Positions 19,382 through 29,623 of a stretch of DNA of 50,272 nucleotides are shown one piece after another. A model generated the notes under the pieces. That model saw nothing but the letters and a program-made list of their open reading frames with translations, was not told the DNA's origin and did not search any database. Every line of letters begins with the position of its first letter. Position 1 is the stretch's first letter. The stretch lies in the NCBI GenBank assembly GCA_038253225.1, contig JBBSHH010000004.1:1-50272 (forward strand), read 5' to 3'. A program made the position numbers and the translations under genes. The stretch is from Mycobacteriales bacterium (GTDB lineage: Bacteria > Actinomycetota > Actinomycetes > JALYNC01).

Positions 19382-20893
19382 TCACGCGGTCGCGCGGGAC
19401 CGGTACCCGCGGTCCCGGCCGAGGACCCGCTCGGCCGCCAGCCGGCCGCTGATCAGCACCATCGGTACGCCGACCCCCGGCTGGGTGCCGGAACCGACGA
19501 AGACCACGTTGTCGAGGCCGGGAGCGAGGTTCGCCGGTCGGAACGGGCCGGTCTGGCCGAACGTGTGCGCGGCGGCGAACGGTGCACCGCGCTCCATCCC
19601 GCGGCGGCGCCAGTCGGCCGGGGTGGTGACGTGCTCGACCTCCACGGCGTCGCCGAACCCGACGTAGCCGCGCCGCTCCAACCGTTCGACGACCTCGTCG
19701 CGGTAACGCGGACCGACGACTTCCCAGTCGATGGGGGCGTCGAGGTTGGGCGTGGGCACCAGCACGTAGTAGATCTGCCGGCCGGCCGGGGCGAGTCCCG
19801 GATCCGAGGCGGTGGGCCGGGTGACCAGCATCGACGGGTCGGACATCAGCTGTCGCCGGTCGATCAGCTCGTCGAAGACCCGCCGCCAGGAACGCCCGAA
19901 ATGGATGTTGTGGTGCGCCGTCTTGGTATATGTCGCCGACGAGCCGGCCAGCAGCACGAAGCACGACGGGGAGTAGCGCAGGGAGCCCAGCCGACGCGGG
20001 GCCGCCGCCGGCGGCAGCAGGTCGCGGTAGGCCACCGGTAGGTCCGGGTTGAGCACGACCACGTCGGCCGGGATCCGCTCGCCCGCCGCGGTCAGCACCC
20101 CGGTGGCCCGGCCCGCGGCCGTCTCCACCGACCTGACCGTGGTGCCGTAGCGGAACGTCACGCCGTGCCGGGCGGCGGCGCCGGCCAACGCCCGCGGCAC
20201 CGCGTGCATGCCGCCGACCGGGAAGTACACGCCGGCGACCGAGTCCATGTAGGCGATCACGGCGTAGATCGCCAGGGCGTCGTACGGCGACAGGCCGGCG
20301 TACATCGACTGGAAGGAGAAGACGCGGGCGGTGCGCGGGTCGCGGAGGAACTGGCCCACCTTGGGGGCCAGCCGGCGGAACCCGCCGAGCGCCACCAGCC
20401 GGGCCAGGTTGGGGGTGAGCAGGTCCAGCGGCGAGTCGATGTTGCGGTCGATGAAGTCGCGCATCTCCAGCTGGTAGAGCCGCCGGACGAACTCGACGTA
20501 GCGTCGGTAGCCGGCCGCCTCCGCCGGTCCGCAGACCCGGGCGACCTCGGTGGCCATCGCCTCGGGATCGGCGTGGACGTCGAGGGTGGACCCGTCCGGG
20601 TAGAACGCCCGGTAGAGCGGGTCCACCGGGCGCAGCTCGAGCCAGTCGGAGAGCCGCTCGCCGACGCAGTCCAGCGCGTCGGCGATGAGGTCGGGCATCG
20701 TGAGTACGCTCGGGCCCGTGTCGAATCGGTAACCCCCGTCGGTGAGCAGCCCCGCCCGGCCGCCGGGGACGGCCTCCCGCTCGACGACGGTGACCTCGCG
20801 GCCCGCGCCGGCGAGACGCAGGGCAGCGGAGAGACCGCCGAGGCCGGCGCCGACGACGACCACCCGGTCGGTCGGCCCGGCGACGGTCCGCAT
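19382..20893 (-). CDS. crtI: Phytoene desaturase
   Basis: 503-aa ORF with an FAD dinucleotide fold (VVVVGAGLGGLSAALRLAGAGREVTVVEREAVPGGRAG) and the CrtI C-terminal motif (NVVFVGSGTQPGVGVPMV). Its start overlaps the crtE stop by 1 nt. Confidence 0.9.
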   Translation of the reverse strand: MRTVAGPTDRVVVVGAGLGGLSAALRLAGAGREVTVVEREAVPGGRAGLLTDGGYRFDTGPSVLTMPDLIADALDCVGERLSDWLELRPVDPLYRAFYPDGSTLDVHADPEAMATEVARVCGPAEAAGYRRYVEFVRRLYQLEMRDFIDRNIDSPLDLLTPNLARLVALGGFRRLAPKVGQFLRDPRTARVFSFQSMYAGLSPYDALAIYAVIAYMDSVAGVYFPVGGMHAVPRALAGAAARHGVTFRYGTTVRSVETAAGRATGVLTAAGERIPADVVVLNPDLPVAYRDLLPPAAAPRRLGSLRYSPSCFVLLAGSSATYTKTAHHNIHFGRSWRRVFDELIDRRQLMSDPSMLVTRPTASDPGLAPAGRQIYYVLVPTPNLDAPIDWEVVGPRYRDEVVERLERRGYVGFGDAVEVEHVTTPADWRRRGMERGAPFAAAHTFGQTGPFRPANLAPGLDNVVFVGSGTQPGVGVPMVLISGRLAAERVLGRDRGYRSRATA

Positions 20894-22008
20894 CAGACGC
20901 TGCGGGCGGTCGCCGCGCCGGCCAGTTCGGCCAGCACGACTCGGGCGTCGCCGGTGATCGGCGCGTTCGCGAGCGCGGCCAGCGCCTGTCCCGCGAGCCG
21001 CTCGATCAACGCCTCGACCGAGCTGAGCGCACCGGTGTCCTCGATCACGCCGCGTAGGGCCGCCACCCCGCGGGCGTCGAGGTGCGGGTCGCCGAGGTGC
21101 CGGCGGATGACCGCCGCCTGCGCCCGGCTGGCCGAGGTCAGCGCGGCGGCGACCAGCGCGGTCCGCTTGCCCTCCCGCAGGTCGTCGCCGGCCGGCTTCC
21201 CGGTCTCGACCGGGTCGCCGAAGACACCCAGCACGTCGTCGCGCAGCTGGAAGGCCTCCCCGAGCGGCAGCCCGTACGCCGTGTACGCCGCCAGCACGTC
21301 CGGGCCGGCACCGGCCAGCGCCGCCCCGAGGTGCAGCGGCCGTTCGATGGTGTACTTGGCGCTCTTGTAGCGCGCGACCCGCAACGCCCGCTCGATCGAC
21401 CCGCCACCGACGGCCTGCTCGAGCAGGTCGAGGTACTGGCCGGCCATCAGCTCGACCCGCATCTCGTCATAGACCGGCTGGGCGCGGCGCAGCGCGTCGG
21501 CCGGCAACCCGCAGCCGTTGAGCAGCTGGTCGGCCCAGATCAGGCACAGGTCCCCGATGAGGATCGCGGCCGAGGTTCCGAACACCTCCGGGTCGCCCTG
21601 CCAGCCGTTGCCGCGGTGCAGGCTGGCGAAGCGGCGGTGCATCGCGGGGCGGCCGCGGCGGGTGTCGGACCCGTCCATGACGTCGTCGTGGACCAGCGCG
21701 CAGGCGTGCAGCAGCTCCAGGCAGGCAGCGGCGGTGACGATGCCCTCGAGGTCGGCCCCACCGGCCCCCCGCCAGCCCCAGAAGCAGAACGCCGGCCGCA
21801 GCCGCTTGCCGCCGTCGAGGAGGAAGTCGGCGATCGCCTCCTGCATCGGGCCGAGCTCGGGGGTGATGACATCGAAGACCGGCAGCTGCGCGGTCAGGAA
21901 CACCGACAGCGCCTTGTACACCCGCTGCCGCAGGTCGGCTCGGTCGAGCGGACTCGCAGAATCGCACTTCGTGGTCACGGAAGCGGCGCTCCTCGGCTGG
22001 TGATCCAT
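20893..22008 (-). CDS. crtE: Polyprenyl (geranylgeranyl) diphosphate synthase
   Basis: 371-aa ORF with both Asp-rich motifs ([15 protein letters not shown] and [13 protein letters not shown]). It is the first gene of crtE-crtI. Its position equals idsA2 in the mycobacterial synteny. Confidence 0.85.
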   Translation of the reverse strand: MDHQPRSAASVTTKCDSASPLDRADLRQRVYKALSVFLTAQLPVFDVITPELGPMQEAIADFLLDGGKRLRPAFCFWGWRGAGGADLEGIVTAAACLELLHACALVHDDVMDGSDTRRGRPAMHRRFASLHRGNGWQGDPEVFGTSAAILIGDLCLIWADQLLNGCGLPADALRRAQPVYDEMRVELMAGQYLDLLEQAVGGGSIERALRVARYKSAKYTIERPLHLGAALAGAGPDVLAAYTAYGLPLGEAFQLRDDVLGVFGDPVETGKPAGDDLREGKRTALVAAALTSASRAQAAVIRRHLGDPHLDARGVAALRGVIEDTGALSSVEALIERLAGQALAALANAPITGDARVVLAELAGAATARSV

Positions 22009-22052
22009 CGCTGGCAGTATCGGTCACGCCGCGTCGGTTAGCCTCTCCAAGC

Positions 22053-22958
22053 ATGCCGGTCCGCCGAGCGGAGGCGATCCGCGACCTGCTCGGCCGCGGT
22101 GAGCGGTCGTTCTCCTTCGAGTTCTTCCCGCCCCAGACCGACGAGGGCGAACGGGCGCTCTGGCAGGCGCTGCGCGAGCTGGAGTCGTTGCGGCCGACGT
22201 TCGTCTCGGTGACCTACGGCGCCGGCGGCTCGACCCGCGACCGCACCGTGCGGGTCACCGAGCGCATCGCCGCCGAGACCACGCTGACCCCGCTCGGGCA
22301 TCTCACCGCGGTCAACCACTCCGTGACCGAGCTGCGGCGGGTGATCGGCCAGTACGCCGACGCCGGCGTCCGCAACGTGCTCGCGTTGCGCGGCGACCCG
22401 CCGGGGGATCCGCAGGGACAGTGGCAGCGGCACCCCGAGGGCGTGGAGTACGCCGAGGACCTGGTGCGGTTGATCCGACGGGCCGGGACGTTCTGCGTCG
22501 GCGTGGCCGCGTTCCCGGAGAAGCACCCACGCTCGCCGGACCTGGACTCCGACGTGCGCTACTTCGTGACGAAGTGCCGCGCCGGCGCCGAGTTCGCGAT
22601 CACCCAGATGTTCTTCCGCGTCGAGGACTACCTCCGACTGCGCGACCGGGTGGCTGCGACCGGCTGCGCCGTCCCGATCATCCCCGGCGTCATGCCGGTC
22701 ACCAACGTGGCCCAGATCGAACGGTTCGCGGTGCTGTCCGGGGCCGTGTTCCCGGCTGACCTCGCGGCCCGGCTGCGCGCCGTCGAGGACGACCCGGCCG
22801 CGGTGCGGGCGATCGGGGTCGAGGTCGCCAGCGACATGTGCGAGCGACTGCTCGCCGAAGGTGCACCTGGACTGCACTTCATCACGCTCAACCGCTCCAC
22901 CGCGACCCGGGAGATCTACCAACGGCTGCACCTCGGCGAGCGTCGCGCCGCGGGGTGA
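22053..22958 (+). CDS. metF: Methylenetetrahydrofolate reductase
   Basis: 301-aa ORF with MetF motifs ([38 protein letters not shown]). Confidence 0.9.
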   Translation: MPVRRAEAIRDLLGRGERSFSFEFFPPQTDEGERALWQALRELESLRPTFVSVTYGAGGSTRDRTVRVTERIAAETTLTPLGHLTAVNHSVTELRRVIGQYADAGVRNVLALRGDPPGDPQGQWQRHPEGVEYAEDLVRLIRRAGTFCVGVAAFPEKHPRSPDLDSDVRYFVTKCRAGAEFAITQMFFRVEDYLRLRDRVAATGCAVPIIPGVMPVTNVAQIERFAVLSGAVFPADLAARLRAVEDDPAAVRAIGVEVASDMCERLLAEGAPGLHFITLNRSTATREIYQRLHLGERRAAG

Positions 22959-23054
22959 CCCCGGCGGGGGTCGAGAGCCGGATGGCGCGCGCGGACCGGA
23001 ACCGAGGCGGACCGCGCCGCGTCCAAGCGGCACTGTCGATGCCGAGGAGAGCCG

Positions 23055-23840
23055 ATGTCCAGGTCCGTGCGCGCCACCCTGCTGCCCACCGGGATCACCG
23101 CGGTAGCCGCGGCCGCCGTCGTCACCGCGTACGTGGTGGGGGCCGGTGCGGCCACCGGTCGCGCCGCCGCCGCGCCGGTCGCACTCCCCGCCGCCGCGCC
23201 GGCCGCCGCCACCGTTGCGACGGTCGGGGTGACCGTCTCCGGCGTCGGCACGGTCGCCGGCACACCGGACCTGCTGCGCCTGGACCTCTCGGTCACCGCC
23301 AAGGGGACGGACCCCGCCGCCGCCCTCGCCGCCGTCACAGCGCCGCTCGACCGGGTCCGCCGCTCGCTGCGCGGGTCCGGCGTGGCACCGGCCGACCTGC
23401 AGACCACCGGACTGTCCGTGCAGGCCGAATACGCCTACGACAAGAGCGGCGCCCACCTCCGCGGCTACACGGCCACCGAGTCGCTGCGGGCCCGCCTGCA
23501 CGACCTGCGCCGGGCCGGCCAGGCCGTCGGCGCGGCGGTCGCGGCCGGTGGCAGCGCCGTCCGGGTCGACGGGATCTCACTGGACCTGGACAACGACACC
23601 CCGCTCGTGACGCGGGCCCGCGACCGGGCCTTCGGGTCGGCCAGGGCCAAGGCGCAGCAGTACGCGAGCCTCAGCGGCCGCCGGCTCGGCCCGGTGACGG
23701 CGATCACCGAGAACGTCGCGGCCGGCCCGCCCATCGCGGTCGGCGACTCCCTCGCCCTCCGCTCGGCCGCTGCGGTACCGATCGAGGCCGGTTCCCAGGA
23801 CGTCACGGTCACCGTCGAGGTGGTCTTCTCGCTGCGGTAG
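23055..23840 (+). CDS. SIMPL/DUF541 domain secreted protein
   Basis: 261-aa ORF with an N-terminal hydrophobic signal or anchor, followed by a SIMPL-like pattern (VTVSGVGTVAGTPDLLRLDLSVTAKG ... LQTTGLSVQAEY ... IEAGSQDVTVTVEVVF). Confidence 0.75.
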   Translation: MSRSVRATLLPTGITAVAAAAVVTAYVVGAGAATGRAAAAPVALPAAAPAAATVATVGVTVSGVGTVAGTPDLLRLDLSVTAKGTDPAAALAAVTAPLDRVRRSLRGSGVAPADLQTTGLSVQAEYAYDKSGAHLRGYTATESLRARLHDLRRAGQAVGAAVAAGGSAVRVDGISLDLDNDTPLVTRARDRAFGSARAKAQQYASLSGRRLGPVTAITENVAAGPPIAVGDSLALRSAAAVPIEAGSQDVTVTVEVVFSLR

Positions 23841-23880
23841 CCGGCGGTCGGCAGCGCACCGGGCCGCTAGCCTGCCCGCC

Positions 23881-24624
23881 GTGGTCGGGGTGCTGGCGGT
23901 TGCCGCGGTGGCGCTGCTGCTGCTGGTCGTCACGGCCCGAACCGCCCGTCGCCCGAGCGCGTCGCTGCCGGGGCTGCCCGGGTACTACGAGCGGTGGTCG
24001 AAGCTGCACGGCGGCTACGACCCGACCCGGTCGCGGGTGGTCGCCGGTTGGCTGCGGATCGCCTTCGTCGTCGGCCGGCCGCTGGCCCGGCGCGGGGTCG
24101 CGCCGGACGCGTTGACCGGCTGGGGGCTGCTGCTGGGCGCCACCGTGCCGGTCGTCGCCGCCGTCGGCGGCCGCTGGCCGTTGCTGGCCGCCGCGCTGGT
24201 CACCGCCTCCGGGCTGGTCGACAACCTCGACGGGGCCGTGGCGGTGCTGACCGACCGGGCCAGCCGGTTCGGCTACGTGCTGGACTCGGTGGTGGACCGG
24301 CTGGTCGACGGCTGCTACCTGGTCGCGCTGTGGCGGCTGGGCGCCCCCGCCGGCTGGTGTGTCGCCGCCGGAGCCGGGCTCGGCCTGCTGGAGTACACCC
24401 GGGCCCGGGCGACGGCGGCCGGCATGGACGACATCGGGGTCGTCACGGTGGGGGAGCGGCCGACCCGGATCGTGCTCACCGCGATGACGTTGCTGAGCGG
24501 TGGCCTCTACCTCGGGTGGCAGCGCCGGCTCGCCGCCACCGGCGCGGTCGCGCTGCTGGCCGTGAGCGTGGTGGGTCTGGCGCAGCTCGCCCGGATCGTC
24601 CGCCGACGGCTGGACGGCGGCTGA
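23881..24624 (+). CDS. CDP-alcohol phosphatidyltransferase family membrane protein
   Basis: 247-aa multi-TM ORF with the family signature D-x2-D-G-x2-A-x8-G-x3-D-x3-D (DNLDGAVAVLTDRASRFGYVLDSVVDR). Confidence 0.8.
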   Translation: MVGVLAVAAVALLLLVVTARTARRPSASLPGLPGYYERWSKLHGGYDPTRSRVVAGWLRIAFVVGRPLARRGVAPDALTGWGLLLGATVPVVAAVGGRWPLLAAALVTASGLVDNLDGAVAVLTDRASRFGYVLDSVVDRLVDGCYLVALWRLGAPAGWCVAAGAGLGLLEYTRARATAAGMDDIGVVTVGERPTRIVLTAMTLLSGGLYLGWQRRLAATGAVALLAVSVVGLAQLARIVRRRLDGG

Positions 24625-24645
24625 GGGTCGCTCGGTCGGTCGGCC

Positions 24646-26121
24646 TCAGGCCGGTCCGATCAGCTCGGCGACGATCGCCGCGGACAGCGTGACCAGCGGG
24701 AGTCCGCCGCCGGGGTGCGCCGAGCCGCCGACCAGGTAGAACCCCGGGACCGGCGATCGGTTCGCGGGCCGCAGGAACGCGGCTCGGGCTCCGTTCGAGG
24801 ACGTGCCGTAGATCGCCCCGCCCGGTGACCAGGTGTCGCGCTCGAGGTCGGCCGGCGTCCGGATCTCCCGGAACAGCAGCCGGTCGCGGACGTCGTAACC
24901 CCGGTCGGCGAGCAGGTCCAGCAGCCGGTCGGCGTAGCGGTCGGCGAGCCCGGGGGCGGCCCAGTCCACCGGCCCGTGGCGGGGGGCGTTGACGAGGACG
25001 AACCACGCCTCGAACCCCTCCGGCCGCACCTCCGGGTCGTCGGGGGCGCTGATGTAGAGCGTGGGGTCCTCGACCGGTCGGTACCGGGGCCCGAACACCG
25101 CGTCGAACTCGGCGTCGTAGTCGGCCGGGAACAGCACCGTGTGGTGCGCCAGCCCGGGGGTCCGGCCGCGGACCGCCAGCATCATCACGAAGCCCGACAG
25201 CGACGGGGTGGCCCGGCGTAGCCGCCGCCGGGCCGCCGCGCCGGCCCCGCCGGGCAGCAGCTCTCCGTAGGTGCGGGCGGCGTCGGCGTTGCTGACCACG
25301 ATGTCGGCGGGAAGCCGCTGCCCGTCGGTGAGGGTGACGCCGGCCACCCGGCCGGCGGCGAGGGTGACCGCCCGGACCGCGGTGCCGGTGCGGATGTCGG
25401 CGCCGCGGGCCGCGGCCCGGTTCGCGACGGCGTCGGCGAGCCGGCGCAGCCCGCCGCGGACGTACCAGGCGCCGAACGTCTGCTCCACGTAGGGCACGGT
25501 GGCGAGCGCCGCGGGTGCCCGCCGCGGGTCCGAGCCGGTGTAGGTGGCGTACCGGTCGAGGAACATTCGTAGTCTGGCGTCGCCCAGGTAGCCCGCGCCG
25601 AGCCCGCGCAGGGTCCGCCACGGGGCCACCGTGCGCAGGTCCGAGAGCCGCAGCGACCGGCGGAGCAGGTCGCCGGGGCCGGTCAAGGCCGACTCGAGGA
25701 ACGGTCGTCGGGTCGCCGACCAGATCGACCCCGCCCGGAGCAGGAAGCGGTCCCAGTCGGCAGCCGCCGCTGGCCCGAGTGCGGCCGACATCGCCGCCCG
25801 GACGTCGGCTGGTCCGGTGCCGGGGACGTCCATCCGGACCCCGTCCGGGAACCGGTAGCGGGCGATCGGATCGACCCTGACCAGCTCGAGCTCCCGCTCG
25901 AGCGGCCGGCCGGTCGTGACGAACAGGTCGCGGAAGACCTGCGGCAGGGTCAGCAGCGACGGTCCGGTGTCGAAGCGGAACCCGTCCCGCTCGAGCAGCC
26001 CGAGCTTGCCGCCGACGACAGGCGCCTGCTCGCAGACCGTGACCGCGTGCCCGAGCCGGGCCAGCCGGGCAGCGGCGGCGAGGCCACCTAGACCGGCGCC
26101 GACGACGACGACCCGGCTCAT
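24646..26121 (-). CDS. CrtI-family carotenoid desaturase (CrtD-like, 3,4-desaturase candidate)
   Basis: I took the ATG at 26121, which overlaps the upstream stop (ATGA). The 310-codon Arg-rich extension in the track is rejected. The FAD fold reads VVVVGAGLGGLAAAARLARLGHAVTVCEQAPVVGGK, and the C-terminus reads GFYLVGGSAHPGGGLPLV. The paralog assignment rests on context only. Confidence 0.75.
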   Translation of the reverse strand: MSRVVVVGAGLGGLAAAARLARLGHAVTVCEQAPVVGGKLGLLERDGFRFDTGPSLLTLPQVFRDLFVTTGRPLERELELVRVDPIARYRFPDGVRMDVPGTGPADVRAAMSAALGPAAAADWDRFLLRAGSIWSATRRPFLESALTGPGDLLRRSLRLSDLRTVAPWRTLRGLGAGYLGDARLRMFLDRYATYTGSDPRRAPAALATVPYVEQTFGAWYVRGGLRRLADAVANRAAARGADIRTGTAVRAVTLAAGRVAGVTLTDGQRLPADIVVSNADAARTYGELLPGGAGAAARRRLRRATPSLSGFVMMLAVRGRTPGLAHHTVLFPADYDAEFDAVFGPRYRPVEDPTLYISAPDDPEVRPEGFEAWFVLVNAPRHGPVDWAAPGLADRYADRLLDLLADRGYDVRDRLLFREIRTPADLERDTWSPGGAIYGTSSNGARAAFLRPANRSPVPGFYLVGGSAHPGGGLPLVTLSAAIVAELIGPA

Positions 26122-27206
26122 CGGACCGGCCGGCCCTTCCACCGCAGGGAACCGCGCCGGCGCAGCACCAGCGACCGGCCGGTGAGCGCGCACAGCATCA
26201 GCACCGACACCGGATGGGCCGCCGCGTCGGGGAACGTCCTTCCGCCGGTACGCCGGGCGGTGACGAGCCGGCCGGCGACCGCCGCGGCGTACCCGACGAT
26301 GCCGGCCCGGCTGCCCCGCAGCGCGGCCACCGGGGGGACGACGTAGAGCACCAGCAGCGCCGCGCAGGCTCCGACCGCGCCGGCCGGGGTGCCGAACCCG
26401 GCCCACAGCGACTTGGTGTACCCGTCGCGCAGCTCCGGCCAGCCGGCGTACATCCGGCAGCTGGCGACCGCGGTGCCGTCGGCGACGGCGCCCCGTAAAC
26501 CCCTTCGTTTGAAGGCCTTCAGCAGCTCGAGGTCGTCGAGGACGGCGGCCCGGACGGCGCCGTGCCCGCCGGTCGCACGGTAGGCCGCGGCGTCGACGGC
26601 GAGCAGCTGGCCGTTCGCGGCCGCCAGCGACGGGCGCGCCGACCGCTCGGCCGCCCGCAGCGGCAGGAACGTCAGCCACGACCACTGCAGCAGCGGCTGG
26701 ACCAGCCGTTCGGTGGCGGTCCCGGCGAGCTGCCGCGGGTACGGGCTGACCAGGTCCAGACCGGCGGCGCGCAGCAGGCCGACCGTGGCGGCGACCCCTG
26801 CCGGCGCGAGCACCACGTCGGCGTCGAGGAAGACCAGGACGGTTCCGGTGGCGGCGTCGGCGAGCTGCTGGCAGGCGTACGGCTTGCCGAGCCAGCCGGG
26901 CGGCAGCGCCCGGCCGGTGTGCAGTCGCAGTCGCGGGTCGCCGGCCCCCACCCGGCGTACGACCTCCGCCGTGCCGTCGGTCGAGCCGTCGTCGAGGACC
27001 AGCACCTCCAGGTCGGGCAGCAGCCGCTGGTCGAGAACCGAGCGCAGGCACGGCCCGACCCGGTGCGCCTCGTCGCGGACCGGCAGCAGCACCGACACCG
27101 GCTCGGCGACCGGCGCCGGCCGGGCCGGCGGCACCCGCAACAGCCGGGCGTTGACCGCCGCGTGCAGGCTGGCCACGGCCGCCCCGGCCGCGCCGGCGCG
27201 GACCAC
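26118..27206 (-). CDS. Family-2 glycosyltransferase (carotenoid glycosyltransferase candidate)
   Basis: A GT-A fold is recognisable (VSVLLPVRDEA..., LVLDDGSTDGT, LVFLDADV), followed by C-terminal TM helices. I assigned the start to the GTG at 27206, 8 nt after the upstream stop; the start is uncertain. Confidence 0.8.
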   Translation of the reverse strand: MVRAGAAGAAVASLHAAVNARLLRVPPARPAPVAEPVSVLLPVRDEAHRVGPCLRSVLDQRLLPDLEVLVLDDGSTDGTAEVVRRVGAGDPRLRLHTGRALPPGWLGKPYACQQLADAATGTVLVFLDADVVLAPAGVAATVGLLRAAGLDLVSPYPRQLAGTATERLVQPLLQWSWLTFLPLRAAERSARPSLAAANGQLLAVDAAAYRATGGHGAVRAAVLDDLELLKAFKRRGLRGAVADGTAVASCRMYAGWPELRDGYTKSLWAGFGTPAGAVGACAALLVLYVVPPVAALRGSRAGIVGYAAAVAGRLVTARRTGGRTFPDAAAHPVSVLMLCALTGRSLVLRRRGSLRWKGRPVR

Positions 27207-27214
27207 GGCCCGGC

Positions 27215-27991
27215 TCAGCGCCGCCACAGCCGCACCGCGAGCGGGACGGCGACGAGCCCCATGCCGAGGCCGCCGGCGAGCGCCACCGCCGGCCGGTGAA
27301 AGAACGCGAGGTTGGCCAGCACGGAGGAGGCGTAGGTCCACAGGTAGAGCGCCAGCGGTACGCCGTCGTCCGCGGCCGGCGCCGCGGCCGGCAGCAGCGC
27401 GGTCAGCCCGGCCATCATGGCCACCGCGGTCAGCGTCCAGCCCAGGAAGTTCGTCAGCGGCACCTCCGGGATGCCGGGGAGCGCGGCGCCGACGTCGGTC
27501 CATCGCCAGTGCCCGGCGGCCACCATCTGCGGGTCGAGGAAGAGGTCCCAGGCCGCCAGCGCCGCGCCGGCGACGAGCGCCCGGGACCACCGGCCGGCGA
27601 CGAGCCGGCGGGCCGCCAGCAGCGCGGGGTAGGCCATCATCGTCCAGGCCAGCGGGATCACCAGCGGAACGCCGAGCAGCCGCGGTCCGAGGGTCGCGGT
27701 GTAGGTGTAGGCGCCGAACGGGACGCCGGTGCGGGTGCCGACCGACTCGACGAGCAGCCCCGTACCGGCGGTCACCGTGACCAGGACAATGGTCCACCGC
27801 CGGCCGCGCCACACCGCGGCGTGGCTCACCGACGCCAGGAAGAACGTGACGACGGTCGCGACCGTGAGGGCGTCCCGGCCGGTTCCGTGCACCCGCGGGT
27901 AGCCGACCTCGAGCAGCACGGTGCCCGCCGCCAGCGTCACGGGGACCGGCCGCCGCCGGGTCCCGGCCGGGGCCGTCGCCGGGACCGTCAT
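27215..27991 (-). CDS. cruF: Carotenoid biosynthesis membrane protein, CruF-type 1',2'-hydratase family
   Basis: The ATG at 27991 overlaps the upstream stop (ATGA). It is a multi-TM protein with family motifs (TGVPFGAYTYTATLGPRLLGVPLVIPLAW, AAWDLFLDPQMVAAGHWRW). Confidence 0.7.
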   Translation of the reverse strand: MTVPATAPAGTRRRPVPVTLAAGTVLLEVGYPRVHGTGRDALTVATVVTFFLASVSHAAVWRGRRWTIVLVTVTAGTGLLVESVGTRTGVPFGAYTYTATLGPRLLGVPLVIPLAWTMMAYPALLAARRLVAGRWSRALVAGAALAAWDLFLDPQMVAAGHWRWTDVGAALPGIPEVPLTNFLGWTLTAVAMMAGLTALLPAAAPAADDGVPLALYLWTYASSVLANLAFFHRPAVALAGGLGMGLVAVPLAVRLWRR

Positions 27992-29601
27992 GGCCGCAAC
28001 TGCCGCAGCCGCCGCAACTGCCGCAGCCGCCCGCCCACCCGGCGCAGCGGGCTCGGGCTGCGGTCGGCGAGCAGCACCCGTGCGGCGCTGCGGCCGCTGG
28101 CACCGAACACCCCGCCACCCGGGTGGGTGGAGGCCCCGGTCAGGTACAGGCCCGGCACCGGCGTGCGGTAGCCGGCCAGCTCGGGCAGCGGTCGCCAGGC
28201 GAACATCGCGTCGAGGCCCATCTCGACGTGCATCACGTTGCCGCGCCGCAGCCCGAGCTCGCGCTCGAGGTCGAGCGGGGTCTGCACGTGCATCGCCTCG
28301 ACGCTGGCAGCGAAACCCGGTGCGGCCGCATCGACGGCCGCGACCAGCTTCTCGCCCTCGCGCTGCCGGATCCCGTCCCAGTCCTCCCCGTTGCTGAGCT
28401 GGTAGGGGTGCCACTGGCCCCAGACCGTGACGTTGTGCCGTCCGGCCGGCGCGAGCGTGTCGTCGAAGGCGCTGAACGTCATGGCCAAGGCCGCCGGCGC
28501 GGCCGGCGGCCGGCCGGCGACGAAGTCACCGTGCGCGCCGCGCAGGAACGTCCGGCTCGGGGCGAGCAGCTGCAGCGCCCGGTAGCTGCGCTCCTGCGCG
28601 GCCGGGTAGCGCGGCAGGTCACGGGTCGCCAGCCGAACCACCATCCCGATGCCGTTGCCGACCCGCACCGCGCTGCGGCCGCGGGCCAGCAGCCGCTGGT
28701 CGCCGAGCAGCTCGAGCGCGGTCAGGACGTGGCAGCCGGCCAGCACCGCGGTCGCGCCGATCCGCTCGCCGCCGGCGGTGAGCACCCCGCTCACCCGGTC
28801 CCCGCGACGGGTGATGCCGGTCACCGCGTCGCCGAGCCGCAGCGTGCCGCCGTACGACGCGAACCGGCGGGCCAGCGCGACCGAGAGCATGCCGGAGCCG
28901 CCGACCGGATGCCCCGGCGGGCGGCGGTGCAGCATGGTGTTCCAGCCGACGAGGTCGGCCGTGGCCACCTCGTGCGTCGGCGGCCCCGACTGGGCACCCA
29001 GCCAGGACAGCGCGGTCTTGAGCCGCTCGGAGTCGAAGTGCGCGTCGAGCAGCGCATCCGCGGGCTGCAGGAACTGCCGGGACAGCTCCAGGCCACCGAG
29101 GCCGGTGGCCTTGCCGACACCCCACAGCGACCGCCCGAGGTTCGCGACGGTCGGCGGGCTCTGGAACGCGCTGAAGATGCGGTCGTTGCGCGCCGCCCAG
29201 TCGGTGACAAAGGCGGCGTAGGCGTCGGCGTCGCGCGCCCCACAGACCGCGGCGATGGAGTCGCAGGTCTCGGCCAGGTCGACCGAGAACGTGATCGCGA
29301 CCTGCTCGTCGGCCACGCCGAACGGTGCGAACCCCCACGGGTCGAGGTCCTGGTAGACCAGGCCGCAGTCGGCCAGCGCGAGGTCCTCCACGATGCCGGT
29401 GTGCCGCACCATGATGTGCGCGGAGGACCCGACGTCCATCCGGTAGCCGGGGAACCGCTCCACTGTCGAGACCGCACCGCCGACGACATCGCGCCGCTCG
29501 ACCACCTCGACGTCGAGGCCGGCGCGGGCCAGGTAGCAGGCGGCGACCAGCGCGTTGTGGCCGGCGCCGACCACCACGACGTCGCGCGATGGGGCGCTCA
29601 T
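27988..29601 (-). CDS. CrtI-family FAD-dependent oxidoreductase (CrtO-type ketolase-like)
   Basis: 537-aa ORF with an FAD fold (VVVVGAGHNALVAACYLARAGLDVEVVERRDVVGGAV) and a C-terminal GLYLTGASTHPGGGVFG motif. It is the third CrtI paralog in the window. The function is inferred from size and context. Confidence 0.65.
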   Translation of the reverse strand: MSAPSRDVVVVGAGHNALVAACYLARAGLDVEVVERRDVVGGAVSTVERFPGYRMDVGSSAHIMVRHTGIVEDLALADCGLVYQDLDPWGFAPFGVADEQVAITFSVDLAETCDSIAAVCGARDADAYAAFVTDWAARNDRIFSAFQSPPTVANLGRSLWGVGKATGLGGLELSRQFLQPADALLDAHFDSERLKTALSWLGAQSGPPTHEVATADLVGWNTMLHRRPPGHPVGGSGMLSVALARRFASYGGTLRLGDAVTGITRRGDRVSGVLTAGGERIGATAVLAGCHVLTALELLGDQRLLARGRSAVRVGNGIGMVVRLATRDLPRYPAAQERSYRALQLLAPSRTFLRGAHGDFVAGRPPAAPAALAMTFSAFDDTLAPAGRHNVTVWGQWHPYQLSNGEDWDGIRQREGEKLVAAVDAAAPGFAASVEAMHVQTPLDLERELGLRRGNVMHVEMGLDAMFAWRPLPELAGYRTPVPGLYLTGASTHPGGGVFGASGRSAARVLLADRSPSPLRRVGGRLRQLRRLRQLRP

Positions 29602-29623
29602 CCGGCTCGAGTCTAGGGAGGGT

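Noticed and set aside
26122-28414. Long N-terminal extensions of the CrtD-like, GT2 and CruF ORFs in the track (801, 666 and 399 aa).
   Set aside because: The extensions are Arg-rich and overlap the upstream gene in another frame. In each case a start codon that overlaps or closely follows the upstream stop (ATGA, or GTG 8 nt downstream) coincides with the onset of recognisable domain sequence.
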